Assembly: GCF_002571385.2 (NCBI RefSeq)
Contig: NW_019217961.1
Span: 236,698-300,697 of the forward strand
DNA: 64,000 nt
From: Stylophora pistillata
Lineage: Eukaryota
Reading direction: 5' to 3'
Positions 15,914-28,802 of this stretch are shown here, one piece after another. Positions within the stretch are counted from its first letter, which is position 1; each line of letters starts with the position of its first letter. Under the pieces are notes generated by a model, which was given only the letters and a program-made list of their open reading frames with translations, was not told the DNA's origin and made no database searches. Made by a program: the position numbers and the translations under genes.

Positions 15914-17273
15914 ATAATATGAACTGAATTTTGCTGGCTTTACTTGAGTTAGTAATCTTTTCTTTCTGATGTTTTTCTCTTGATTTCTAGATAAAATAGA
16001 ATGATAGGTTCCTCATTTTATTCAATCATAATCTCTGTGTAGAATTTTACTGTTTATAGTGATGAGTTGAATCTTCATTATCAAACTATTTACTTGCAAA
16101 GTAATAGTAGAAGCTGTGAGCAAGTTGCACACGTGAGTTGTGCTTCTTTTCCAAACATTTCTGTTGTTTCATCTGATGCTGAACATTCATCTTTTCTCAA
16201 CCTCGACAATTTGTGAATGAATTGGTGATTTTGATGCAACCATTTTATAGATTATATGTTGAAGATGATTTTGAGACCATAGGTCGACCACTTTGACATG
16301 TATCTCCAATGAGAGCACATACAGTGGCCTTGTAAGAAATAAACCTCTCAGTGAGAAAAGGGAAGGAATTCAATCCTTAGAAGCTTCAAATTAGTTGAAG
16401 GTAACTCCCAGAGTTAATTTCAAGGATTTTACTTATTTAAAAGTGCTCATCAAATGAAAATGATTTGATGAAATTCAAGATATTAATTTCCCTTCACAGC
16501 CTATTAGACATTAAATACTCCCAATGCTTTTCCATTTGGTTAAGAATATGTGAAAATAATAGTGAAGTTACGATGATTTGTTCTAAAAACTATGAAAATG
16601 TGAAAGAACATGTTCACAATAGTTAAAATGAATACTTCTGTCAATTGTTGTTTACTATTAATAGTTATACTCCATCATTGTAAATAGCCATTTTACCTGT
16701 AATAAAACAGTAACTCAATTTCATATCTATATTGTGATTTTTTCTGTGGATTTGTCTGGACTTGAAGGTAAAAAATTTGAAATATTCTCTGAGGTCAGTG
16801 CATCACTATATACTGCTGCAGGTTCTCACTATAGGCATTTAAGCCAAAAATACAACTTTTTAGCTGCTAACATGGTTGCAAGTAATGGTAGTTTCTATCT
16901 AGAACAGAAAGAAATGCTCACAAACCTCTGAAAGTATTGATTATTAAATTCTTTCAAACCAGGCCAACAACACTTTTCATTTCTAAAGACTGACATGGGA
17001 AATTACAGTTGATTTGGTCGAATGGATTTCATCAACTGCTAGCTTCCTGTAAACAATTTAGTCAAGCCACAGAACAAACAATCTTTACTAGCCAATTTAA
17101 AATGACTTACACCAGACCCATAACAGTCTACTGATAAGGAATTCTTCACCACACTTTTGTAACGACTTCCGCTCAGGTGGACAAAATGTTAGTTTTTCTG
17201 TCACCGAAGGCTTATTGAAAATACCGGTAGCTGATCAAATTCACCGTTTACACTACCTTTATTCTTATGACCT

Positions 17274-17729
17274 TAATAATAATAATAATACTAATTTAAT
17301 ATTTATATTGCGCAAATTAACATGTGGATATGATCAAATGCACATCACAACACTTTTCGGGGGACTTTGGCCAGACTGCATCAGCAGTTTACAAACAATC
17401 GAAGGAAACTTATTTGAAGATGCCCCCTCCCCCCAATTCCCAGTAAACAGGCCAGACCACATCACAGTAATCTCGTGAGTGGGTTCTTTAACGTCCCCTG
17501 CCTAACCAAATTAACTAATTAGTAGATGCAGGAGACGGGACCTACGGTTTATTCATCCTTATCTGAGAAGACTAGAATGTCTATCCATTTCTTGACATTA
17601 TAGAAAGGTAGCGCATTCTCCTCAGTTATTTTAAGATCTTGAGTGTTGGTCCGGCCCGGGCTCGAACCATCGACCTCGACCTCCCGCACAACAGTCCGGC
17701 ACTCTAACCAATTGAGCTAACCAGGAGGC
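17274..17729 (-). mobile_element. tRNA-derived Nin/Deu-domain SINE, full length
   Basis: Pol III boxes at about 17660-17725, a central domain, and a stem-loop plus (TTA)n tail. Confidence 0.85.
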
Positions 17730-17736
17730 AGGTGTG

Positions 17737-17875
17737 ATTCAGGAAAATTTCTTTAACAATCAAAAGCTTCTTTAGTTGGTGATCATTTTTATTCTCACGA
17801 CCCCGATGTGTGATTCAGGGGTGATATTGTAAGGAGAAATTGGATACTAATCACTCAGAGGGATCAAAGGGTTAA
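17737..17875. mobile_element. piggyBac-like MITE, partial
   Basis: Ends in aaagggttaa; reverse-complement match to the elements at 30960 and 45148. Confidence 0.6.
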
Positions 17876-17941
17876 AGAGAAAATGAATGATAGAGAAGCC
17901 ACAGTTTGGCAACTTTTGCACCTAAACAATAATTCTCACTA

Positions 17942-18254
17942 ATAATTACTGCTAATTGCCGTCGCAAAGTACAGCAACGATGCAGCTTGACAAGGTTGAA
18001 CCGAAAGCTTACAATGGAGCCTCTGGCAGCAGCTGTATGGTCCATGTGTGAACTTGGAGCACAGCTCACAGCCAGCTGGAATCAGCTGTATGTTGGTTTT
18101 TGGTGAGGGAGGAAAACTAGAGAACCCTGAGAAAAACCCTTGAAGCAGGGAAGAGAACCAACACAAACTCAACCCTCTTAGGCGTCTGGTTCAGGCATTG
18201 AACCCGGGCCAAATTGGTGGGAGGCGAGTGCTCTCACCACTACGCCATCCCTGC
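17942..18254 (-). mobile_element. tRNA-derived SINE with a V-domain-like core
   Basis: Minus strand reads gcagggatggcgtagtggtgagagc...gggttcaatgcc, then gggtttttctcagggttctctagttttcctccc, which resembles the V-SINE domain. Confidence 0.7.
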
Positions 18255-18970
18255 ACCTAAACAATGTGGTGTAAGATTGGATGTAAACATTTGTTTTCAC
18301 TTAAGTCCTGTACTTGGGCAATAAAGTGTGGCAACATAAAAATGGGTGTAGTTTTGGTTGGAAAGCATGCATATGCTTTTGGACTTTTGCACTCCACTCA
18401 GTTCATTTATAGTACCCTTATGTTGAAAACCATTCACCACTTGCCATGGTGGGAGGAAAAAAAGCGAATAAGTTTCACTGTAGTTTTATTAGCAAATAAA
18501 CTGTAGTTACGTTAAAAATCTTATTTCAGAAGTAAGTATGAACCATTTTATTGTATTTTTTATATAAACTTGGAAAAAATTAAATAACTAACCATATCTG
18601 CCAATGGGATCTAGAAACAGAGAGAGGGCTGGTTATTTAGTATAGACTAGGATATACTGTTTCATTTACATGGTACTGGTGTCTTTTGTTAGGGTTCCAG
18701 AGAAGAGCACCTTGCTTAAGGAGAGACTGAACTTAAAAATATAAATTTCAAGCACACCTTTGCAATTCACATTTCAGAGACTAGGAGAAAAAAATTTGTT
18801 TGGGTCCTTCAACATGCTCACCTCTGTACAATTAAAGTCCTTCTAAAAGTCAAAACGTTCCCTTTCCAAACAGATCTTCATCTGGGTTGTGTAAACCTCT
18901 TTGGATAAGTTCATGCATAACTAGTCAATCACAAGGTAAACAAAAATTTGTTCCCTAAACACAAGTGTCA

Positions 18971-20916
18971 TCAAGATTTTCCTACAACTGGCCTTGGCTG
19001 ATTTCCTCCTCCAGGTGGTGCTGGCATTCTTCCTGGTGGTGCCCCATGGGGTGGTCCCCCATGGGGTGGTCCCCCAGGAGGCGGTCTTACACCCCCTGGT
19101 GGTGGCATGGCCCCAGGGGGTGGAATAGGAAATGGTAAGGCTCCAGGGGGTGGTAAGGCTCCTGGTGGTGGCATCATTCCAGGGGGTGGAGGTGGTAACA
19201 TTCCAGGGGGTGGCAGGTGAGTGACCTGTGGGGGTGGAATGGCAGTACCAGCTTGATAAGCAGCAGCTGAAAATGGAGAAAAAAACCACATTGATGTCAT
19301 TGTGACAAAATGTTTCCAAGGCACCAGTGCACAAACTGCACGATGCTGCATACCTTGAAACATAACATTTTTCTTTCTAGTGTTAGTTTGGTTTAGAAAG
19401 CCTGTCCTCACAGGTACAGTATTGTAATTTTGTGTGCATTTTCAAGTCTCGTCTGTCTTGTTAAGGGAACAAAATAAAAAAAATTATGTGATAGACCACT
19501 TTCATAAATGGCCGCCGGATTAATATTCTTTTGTTTAAATTTAAATTAGCCTTTCTGGCCTCGTTCTCCAGTACAAAATTCAAAAGAATACATTATCTCA
19601 AGCGAGGCCAGAAAGGCTGATTTAAAATTTAAACAAAAGAATATTAATCTGGCAGCCATTTATGAAAGTGGTCAATAATAACAGGGTTTTGAAGCTTTCC
19701 CATTTGTAAAGTCTATCCAGTTTCAATAACAATCAATTCCCTACCAATGTTTGATGCATTTAAGTGAGTTTTTTTTTCCTTACACCTAACCATTGCAATC
19801 AAATTTTAATTCAATTCCCTTACCTCAAGAGTACTAAAATTGTCATGTGCACAGGCAAGTTTTGGTGAAAAATAGTTGTCTTTATGTAAATAGAGGTTGT
19901 CATGAAACACATACTTGTCTGATCAATCAAACTCTGTGCCTGTTCTTCCATCCACTTAGTGTAGTAAAATCTCACATTTTCCTTGTGTTTGCGGCCACCA
20001 TTGTGGGTCTTCCGCACTGATGGCTAGGAGGTAGAAAAATAAGAAATCAATTATGTTAGCAAGTAAGGAAAGGAAGCTGTCTAGGTGTCATAATTCCAAG
20101 AAAGTACTCAAAAATTAAAGAGAAGGGTAAATACACCAATACCATTATCAAACAGCCAATGCATTACTGTGAGACTGACAAATCTGCTAATACAGACTAA
20201 ATATATTCATGGAAAGTCTGCGTTTCTAGGAAAAAGCCAACAATGGTTGGAAAACTAAACTACAAAAAGCAACAGTACTATTTTTTCTTTAGTGAAGTTT
20301 GTGCCTATGTACCGAATTTTGTTGCGATTGGTCAGAACTGACCTGTCAGAATTATATCAAAGAATTTACATTTAGCTGAGTTTTATCGTTAGTACCATAG
20401 GGAACATTATTACAGAAACTTTAAATTAAAACTGAAATGAATTTAACTAATCGAGAGAACTTTAACCTGTTAGTTACCTAAGAAGAGTAAAAGACAAATG
20501 AAGGAAGCAAGGAGAAAGAGAGAGAGAGAGAGAGAAAAAGCTTAAAATTTTAGAGTACCCTTGTAGAAAGATACAGGATTTAACATGCAAAAGATGGTAA
20601 ATTCACAAAGAGACATGAATGTTTTGTGCAAACACAAAAAGGGAAGAAAATCAGAGCATTGGAATGAAGAATAAGTGCGGAACTGGATAAGGTTAACGTC
20701 GTTTCTCAAACGAAATCTAAACAAATAAATAGACTCACTTACCGAGTCATGAGTTAAGTAAGTGTCACAGTAATCGCAATAATACCTAGAGCGGAAAGGT
20801 AAGGATATCGTTATGTAAAGGAAAACAGGAAGCAAGAGTTCCCCACGAAATAGAGCTCAGAAAAAGTAATATCAGGTTGTAATTTAGTTAGAAATCTACT
20901 CTACTTACTTGGGCAT
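18971..20916 (-). CDS. SNRPC: U1 small nuclear ribonucleoprotein C
   Basis: Exons 20916-20909, 20785-20743, 20023-19915, 19266-18971 give [53 protein letters not shown] plus a Pro/Gly-rich tail. Confidence 0.97.
19491..19676. mobile_element. Fold-back MITE in an SNRPC intron
   Basis: atagaccactttcataaatggccgcc / ggcagccatttatgaaagtggtcaat termini; long palindrome. Confidence 0.8.
20512..20535. repeat. (GA)n microsatellite
   Basis: Direct reading. Confidence 0.85.
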
Positions 20917-21043
20917 TTTAGTCCAGTTAGGTCGCCACGTTTGCGCATTAAAAAGCTACGCATAAATTTCGCCAAGTTGCCGCTTTGGAATAAAAAGCTG
21001 GCTCGCTTTGGAAGTTGCGTCACACGTGGGTCAAGTAATTAAC
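20917..21043. promoter_or_regulatory. Bidirectional promoter between SNRPC and PINX1
   Basis: Divergent ATGs are 127 bp apart. The interval is CpG-richer than its flanks, has an E-box CACGTG at 21023-21028, and a YY1-like aacATGGCG over the PINX1 start. Confidence 0.75.
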
Positions 21044-24000
21044 ATGGCGATGCTCGCAGAGCCGAAATCGAAGCAAAAATGGAGCAGCGATCCGCGAAAT
21101 ACAGCTTGGACCAATGGTAGAGAACCATCTATTTGTTAAACGTCTTCCCCTGGCTTTTCATCACTTGAAATTGTCTAGGTTAATTGATAGATCGCCTATA
21201 AACTGATTGAGTTTTGACCAGCCAATCTATCAGCCAATGCTTGCCTAGCTTGCACCTTTTCTCATGATTAGTCAATGGAAGAATGTAACAAAGTGTTGAT
21301 TGTTTTGAATGGAGCAGAAGCTCGAAGTTCCACGATAGCTCAAAGTTTATGTAACATGTTCAATACACACTCGAAGAGATCCGCAGAAAGGTTGATGGTA
21401 GACTAAAGGGAATTTCTAAGAATTCAACCTTTACTTCAGAGTGGCTATATCGAAGATATCTTTTTAAGAAGGAAAAAGATTATCCGAGTGTTAATTTTTT
21501 AAAATATTTTGTTCAGATACCAGCCGGTTTGGTTACCAGATGTTGACTAAAATGGGATGGGAGAATGGAAAAGGACTAGGTGCTAAGGAAGACGGAACTA
21601 AAACACATGTCAAATCTGTTAAAAGACAGAATAACTTAGGTAAGAAAACGAAATTCTGGTGGCATTCCTGTTAAAGGTTGCATGCCTTTCTAGATTAAAT
21701 CTGTCCTTGTAATGTAAACCCTTGGAAAATGTGAGCTTTAGAACTTCTTTATGGTGGCCAATAAATTACATTAACAACTTAGTTGGTGAATCCAAATAAT
21801 CTTGTGGTGCCACCTATGTGGCACCAATCAACACCAGTTATAGTTACAATGAATTTATATGAAGTTCATATGTTTTGAACTGTGGTATTAAATACGTAAG
21901 ATGCATGATCCTTCGCAGTAGATAGCGCTATTTATGAAGTAGTGAAAATCAGACCTTAAAAAAAAAAAAATCAGGCCTGTACAGGATTAGAACCACTGAC
22001 CTCTGCGATACTAGTGCAGCGCTCTACCAATTGAGCTAACAAGCCAACTGGGAGCAGGCCGTTAAGTTGATTCGTAATAAACCCATAATGATAAATCAGA
22101 TACAATGAATATATATGAAGTTCATATATATTTTGAANTATACTATTCAAGAACTTACTTTGCCACACATCATTTACAAATGTGTGGTAGAACGCTGCAC
22201 TAGTATCGCAGAGGTAAGTGGTTCGAATCCCGTACCGGCCTGATTTTTTTAAGGTCTGATTTTCGCTATTGCATAAATAGCGCTATCTACTGCGAAGGAT
22301 CGTGCATCATACGTACCAGTTATAGTGTGGCAGACATCTATCATGAGAAACCATTTGTGATATGAAGATTTGCAGCTCATTCGTGGGTATACATGAGGTG
22401 GTGCTTACATCTGCATTTCGTCATAATGGAATATGCTAATAAGAATTAACCAACTGTTTTTTTGTATGTGATGTTTAGGTCTGGGTGCTGAGAAGTCTCA
22501 TGAAGACAACTGGATATCACACCAGGTAGCATTTGATGATCTACTATCTCAGCTGAATAGTCATGCAGAAAATGACAATGGTGAGATAACTAATAGTTTT
22601 AAATATGTGTTTGAACATCCATCATAACTACCATACACCGAATCGAAATATGGTGTCCAATTTGTATTGCCATTGTTCTGGACTCACTAGCCTCTCACAC
22701 ACGTGATAATCCTTTTGTGTTTCCATGTGAAGACGAGGCTGGTAAGTCCAAAACAATGGTAATTCAAATTGGATGCCATATTTCGATTCGGTGAATGGGT
22801 TTCTATGGAAAGCTTTGTTTTTGTTATTTTCTGTGTATGAGGAAAGTTAGAGTTTTGAGGTGTAGTTTGTCTTTCATCTGTGTATTACAGAGGAAAAGTC
22901 AGTGAAGAAGGAAAAGAGTCATGAAATGGAAAAGAAAGCACGACAGTCACGAAAAAGAGTATTGTAAGTTCCTTACTCTCAGAGAAACCTCTCCAAAATC
23001 ACTTTTAGTCGCTAGAAACCTCATTTAAATAACAGTCCTGTACAAAATTTTTAATCTGCTCTGCATCAGGGTCCATATTCTCAATACTGTACTTTATAAG
23101 ATGCAGTGGGAGACTAAAAGTTTTGCTTAACAAGCAAATGACTTGGTTGAGGCTTGAACCTGTATCACCTGTTGACTGACAGCTCAACATGTCAACTGTT
23201 AGGTGGCTTTGTGTCTTCTACTTTAGTTGAAGGTTCCACAAACATTGAAGCAATTTAAGACACAAGAACTTTTAGTTGACGTACATCTCATGTGAAAGGC
23301 AGTGTACGCAATAAGTTTAGATGTACCTCCCCACTTCTCAACATAGACATGAGGATGTGAAATGAAATTGTGGTTTGTAGAAAAACATTGAACATGGGAG
23401 TTAAGGCTAGGAGGATTACCCTAAAAATATATGTAATCAGTCTCTTTTAGATAAAGAGCAGAAGTTAGTTAGAAGTTTCATTTTTCCTTGGCTTTGGTAC
23501 ACAGAACATGATATGTTTGGACCATATATATAGGATTCCACGTGCGAATTTTTCAACGTATTCTCTAGCCCGAAGTTTTCGTTGCCGAACTTAGACTCTT
23601 TAACTTAAACCTCGGCGCCATCGCTACAGTCAGGAAACATTTGTAAGTCTTTAAATTCTGTCTTATATGTTTATCGTCGCTCGGCCCTTCTTCTCGTGTA
23701 TTTTTATTTATTTTCGTAGTCGAACCTCGCTCGCTCACTCGTTCAATCACAAACCTCAATCGGCTCCTCGAGTCTTATCAACCGAGCGCGAGTTCGAAAT
23801 TTTTCTAGACGTAGCATCGGCAAGAACTGTAAGCTACACTATATGTGTGCAAGTATCATTGACTGACTGACTGTTTTGTATCTATAGTTATAATCGCTTC
23901 ATTCAGAGTAAGGATTTGTCATCCAAATCAGCAGAAGACATGGCATGCATCCTCGGTCAGAGGAGTAAGTCAGCTCCTGGAACTCCTCAAGAACAGTCAG

Positions 24001-26097
24001 AGGTTGGTTCAAACATCTTAATTCTTCATACCTTCTCTAGAAATTTTCTGGCGAGGCTATGGGAGAATTTCATTTTGATAGCCTTTGTTCTGATTTACCG
24101 AAATGTATCGTACTGGTTTTTTTGTTTTGTTTTGCTTTGCTTGTGTGTGTGTGTGTGTGTGTGTGTTTCTTTGTTTTTCTTATGGTCCCTGATTTGAGTG
24201 AACGGTGCTTTCTTTTGTTTAAATTCGGGTTTATTCGAGGTCAGCTATAATCCAGTAAACGCGGTTAATTTATAACAAAGCTCTTTGAGAGTTTTTGTAT
24301 AAATATACTTTGCTCATAAGCCACTTTCCCCCCAATGTAGGACGAAGAATCGGACGAGAGTACTGCTTCCTGTCCGCCGCCATCTTCTCACGGTGTGCAG
24401 ACTGTAAACTCTGGAAAAAGCATTCAGGAATACTTCGAGATGAAAATGAAGGAGATGGAAGCAGCTCGAGAGAGAAAACAGACAGTGGAAGCTAGAGCCA
24501 CTCGGGAAGAAACAGTTTCAGGACAAGATCATGGCGAAGAGGTTGGGGAGTCAGAGCCAAAGAAGAAGAGAAAGAAAGAGAGTAAAAGAAAGCGTAAACA
24601 AGCGATTGAAGATGGAGAATTGGTCAATAACGTAAGAGTTTAGCATTCCATCAATATGCAATGTGCGGCTGGAAAGAGAAAGAAATACGGCGCGGTTGAA
24701 AAAACAAAATCTGGATCGGAGAGTGAATGCAAACCCTCGAAGGACAAGACAGAAGAAAAAGGAAAGAAGAAAAAAACAAAAGAAATTTNNNNNNNNNNNN
24801 NNNNNNNNNNNNNNNNNNNNNNNNNNNNNNNNNNNNNNNNNNNNNNNNNNNNNNNNNNNNNNNNNNNNNNNNNNNNNNNNNNNNNNNNNNNNNNNNNNNN
24901 NNNNNNNNNNNNNNNNNNNNNNNNNNNNNNNNNNNNNNNNNNNNNNNNNNNNNNNNNNNNNNNNNNNNNNNNNNNNNNNNNNNNNNNNNNNNNNNNNNNN
25001 NNNNNNNNNNNNNNNNNNNNNNNNNNNNNNNNNNNNNNNNNNNNNNNNNNNNNNNNNNNNNNNNNNNNNNNNNNNNNNNNNNNNNNNNNNNNNNNNNNNN
25101 NNNNNNNNNNNNNNNNNNNNNNNNNNNNNNNNNNNNNNNNNNNNNNNNNNNNNNNNNNNNNNNNNNNNNNNNNNNNNNNNNNNNNNNNNNNNNNNNNNNN
25201 NNNNNNNNNNNNNNNNNNNNNNNNNNNNNNNNNNNNNNNNNNNNNNNNNNNNNNNNNNNNNNNNNNNNNNNNNNNNNNNNNNNNNNNNNNNNNNNNNNNN
25301 NNNNNNNNNNNNNNNNNNNNNNNNNNNNNNNNNNNNNNGGAAAAAGCATTCAGGAATACTTCGAGATGAAAATGAAGGAGATGGAAGCAGCTCGAGAGAG
25401 AAAACAGACAGTGGAAGCTAGCGCCACTCGGGAAGAAACAGTTTCAGGACAAGATCATGGCGAAGAGGTTGGGGAGTCAGAGCCAAAGAAGAAGAGAAAG
25501 AAAGAGAGTAAAAGAAAGCGTAAACAAGCGATTGAAGATGGAGAATTGGTCAATAACGTAAGAGTTTTGCATTCCATCAATGTGCAATGTCCGGCTGGAA
25601 AGAGAAAGAAAAACGGCGCGGTTGAAAAAACAAAATCTGGATCGGAGAGTGAATGCAAACCCTCGAAGGACAGGACAGAAGAAAAAGGAAAGAAGAAAAA
25701 AACAAAAGAAATTTTTGGCGAGACTTTAGAAGTTGACAACAGCTCTTTGGGGAGGCTGGATACAGCAGAAGGGGTAAGAGATAAAAAGAAAAAGTCCACG
25801 AAAAGGAGCGAGAAGGGGATTGTGGGATCGGAAAACGAAGATTTGGAAAAGTTGTACGAGGGTGAACGAAGAAGTGACAAGAAAGACGGTAGCTTTAGTG
25901 AGGATAAATCTTTCAATGAAACAATTCCCGAAGTCGAAGAAACAAACGATAAAGGTAACAAACGAAAGAAGAAGGACAAAGATATCGTTAATAGTTTAGG
26001 AACTGTCGAAAGAATGGAAGACGGGAAGAAGAAAAGGAAAAAGGTTAAAAAAGAAAAATCTAGGAAAAAGGAAAGGGGTGACCAAAAACACAGATAA
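21044..26097 (+). CDS. PINX1: PIN2/TERF1-interacting telomerase inhibitor 1 (G-patch protein)
   Basis: Exons 21044-21116, 21517-21639, 22479-22580, 22891-22963, 23888-24002, and 24341 to 26097 (last exon duplicated across gap 24789-25338). MAMLAEPKSKQKWSSDPRNTAWTND, G-patch FGYQMLTKMGWENGKGLG, SIQEYF motif and a Lys-rich C-terminus. Confidence 0.92.
21845..22314. mobile_element. tRNA(Thr)-like repeat in partial-tandem plus inverted arrangement with 12-bp TSD
   Basis: TSD accagttatagt at 21833-21844 and 22315-22326. A minus-strand unit has A/B boxes and a terminal direct repeat; an inverted partial copy lies at 22185-22314. Confidence 0.75.
22631..22798. mobile_element. Fold-back MITE in a PINX1 intron
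   Basis: ccatacaccgaatcgaaatatgg / ccatatttcgattcggtgaatgg termini. Confidence 0.8.
24143..24166. repeat. (GT)n microsatellite
   Basis: Direct reading. Confidence 0.9.
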
Positions 26098-26705
26098 TGC
26101 GTGTCTATTTTAATTCTTGTGACAAACAATGAACCGGTAACAAAAGCGTATTTTTATGTTCCTTTTATATTACTTACGGTACCAACTATGCACACAATAA
26201 AGCAATAGTAGTATACTATTCAAGAACTTACTTTGCCACACATCATTTACAAATGTGATTGAGAAGCACACAGCGGCCGGAAGTTAAAAGTTCTCATTGC
26301 TTGTGCCCACCATACCTTTTTGGTCAGCCCAATTTGGTTAAAAATGCTAAAACGACGACCTTACGGTCGATACATTGGCTTGAAAGTGTGTTGGAACTAG
26401 TTATTTTCTTTTTCTGGTTGGCTCAAAACCGTCTCTGCTTTAGTTCTCCCACTGTCGTTCGAGAGCGCGCCGTTTTCACGGCTCTAATTTATATGAATTG
26501 CTAAGAACTAAGTACAATCTTAAGCGATATGGATGAAAAACATTTTCTGTTGCTGCACCATTTTTATGGAATTTCCTTCCTGATTATATCAGGAACTGTG
26601 AATCTGTATCAAATTCTGAGAACATGGGAGAAAGAAAAGTTTCTTTCAAAGGTGGTCTCAATGGGGTGTTGGCTTTTGCGGCTCGCGGTTAAAATTTTTG
26701 GCGGC

Positions 26706-27137
26706 TATCTTTAAAAGAGGGAATGGGGAATGGGAAATCTTTAATAGCGAGAATCTTTATCATGGGGAATCCGCTTTGAAAGCGGTAATCTTTAAAACGG
26801 GAAATCTTTAAAAGCGGGAATCTTTAAAACGAGGAATCTTAAAACGGGGAATCTTTAAACGCAGAGAATCTTCAAAGCGGGGAATCTTTAAAGCGAGAAT
26901 CTTAAAAACGGGGAATCTTTTTAAAAAGCAGGAATCTCTGCAAGGAGGGATCTTTAAAAGCGGAGATCTTCAAAATAGGGAATTTTTAAAGCGGGAATCT
27001 TTAATATGAGGAATCTTTAAAAGCGGGAATCTTTAAAACGGGAGAATCTTTAAAAGCCGGAATCTTTAAAACGGGGAATCTTTCAAAACGGGGAATCTTT
27101 CAAAACGGGAATCTTTAAAAGCGGGATCTTTAAAACG
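26706..27137. repeat. Minisatellite, about 16-17-bp unit AAAA(C/G)GGGAATCTTT
   Basis: Roughly two dozen degenerate head-to-tail units with no unique spacers. Confidence 0.9.
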
Positions 27138-28802
27138 TAACAGTTTTTTTTGGCGGATAGCAGTGGCACTCGATTATTATTTTTTCATTAGCCTGAATGT
27201 TAAGTCAGTCATCAGCCCTATTAGCAATTATGATTGAATACTCTGATCTACATCGTTTTCCGGTATTATCCTCAGGGTTCGAAATAACAGCCGACTGCCG
27301 GCGGCAGCCGGAACTTTTAGCACCCTGGCGACTTTTCACCAAACAACTAGAATTTTGTAGAAAATCATGCATATTGATCGTCCAACGGAAGTAAAAGTCT
27401 CAGTCATGTTATGGTGAACATTCCATATCAGGCAATAAAGCAGTTAAGAACTGTTTTAAAAGCTTTTTGGAAACGTAAGCGAGTATAAAGTTTCGAAATT
27501 TGAAGCGTGCGACAGGGAGTATTTTTGTTTTACAGTATTCAGTTTCAGTACGTATTTGGTCAAGCGTGAAACATGCAATTTTGTGTACACGACTAAGGGT
27601 TAAAATATGTCGATTTTTACACCTAACATCTAAATTTTTTCGCCGATTTACGACAAACGGTTAACCCACTGAGGTCCTCTAAAAAGCTTACAAGGTAACA
27701 CCCGCATACTGGAACGAATCGTTTACGAACCTTCAGACTGATATTCGATGGTTAAAGCATAGAACAAGTAAGAACCAGTTCGGCCTGACAAGATTGAACA
27801 GGTTCTAATTTAATAAAATTTGGGTATCAGTGGCCCATTACGAAGTGTAAGTGATAGACCTTTAACAATAGCACAGTCGGGACTGGAATTTTTTAGTCAA
27901 AAGCTGGCATTCCAGGGGAATGAAGCTCTGAGCTGAAGCACTGAATGGAAGGGTATACAAATTTCCTGAAACCACATAGAGTTGAGCTCAGAATAAGTTG
28001 GGAACTTTTATACAAAATTAAAAAAAAAAGTGAAGAATCCATGTGATAAATTGTTATTTTCAAAAAGGAAATTAAGAATAGCTCAAGAACAGCATTTGGC
28101 TGATTTCTCACTGGGGCATCTGATATAAAACAGCATTTTATTCTGTTTCATATGTTCAACTTAACGACCATTTGATTGAAAATACGTGTGAGTGAAATAC
28201 CTTGTAGAGTGCCGTTGAACTCTCGGAAATTGCTTTGCACGAAATATTATTATCCATAGTATGCAACGTATGAATGCATAGAAAATAAGCCAAACAGGGC
28301 GTGAAGCCTAATCTGTATTTCTTATTAGGAATTAATCACTTAAAGAGTTTATATTAGTGATATCGTAGGTGTTAACTAGTAAAAGTATAGAGAAAACTCA
28401 AGGAAGCACGCGCCGGTTGACCTATTCATAGCGTTCTGCGGATAAAAAATCTAACTTGTAGCCCTGATTTAAGGTTGAAAAGGATTCCAGTTTCCTGGTG
28501 GATGAATAATATCTAGTGGACAAATGTTGGCGTGATGGCGGCGTGACTAGCAAACCGGAAGTGGTCTATCATGTGAGTTTCCATTAGATTACTAAAATCT
28601 TTTCTGTGAAAATAGGAGACAGCAGTTTGTTTAATAGCTTTTTTTTGTGCGTTTACAGTTTTATAAAAAGTATTGATCTCCGATATATGCCGGTGTAACT
28701 TACGAAAAGTACCCCCCGCTCTCAGCGTACCTTTACCCTACCCGTAAGAGTACTGCCAATACTGCATGAAAAAGAGGCCATCACAATACAGCACCAGCCA
28801 AG

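Noticed and set aside
17140-17270. Further hammerhead/pLTR-like relic
   Set aside because: Core CUGANGA/GAAA nucleotides are lost; too degenerate to support.
25455-26129. 224-aa minus-strand hydrophobic ORF
   Set aside because: Antisense shadow of the Lys/Glu-rich PINX1 exon.
26706-27137. Possible CRISPR array
   Set aside because: Degenerate head-to-tail units with no unique spacers and no cas genes, in a eukaryotic context.
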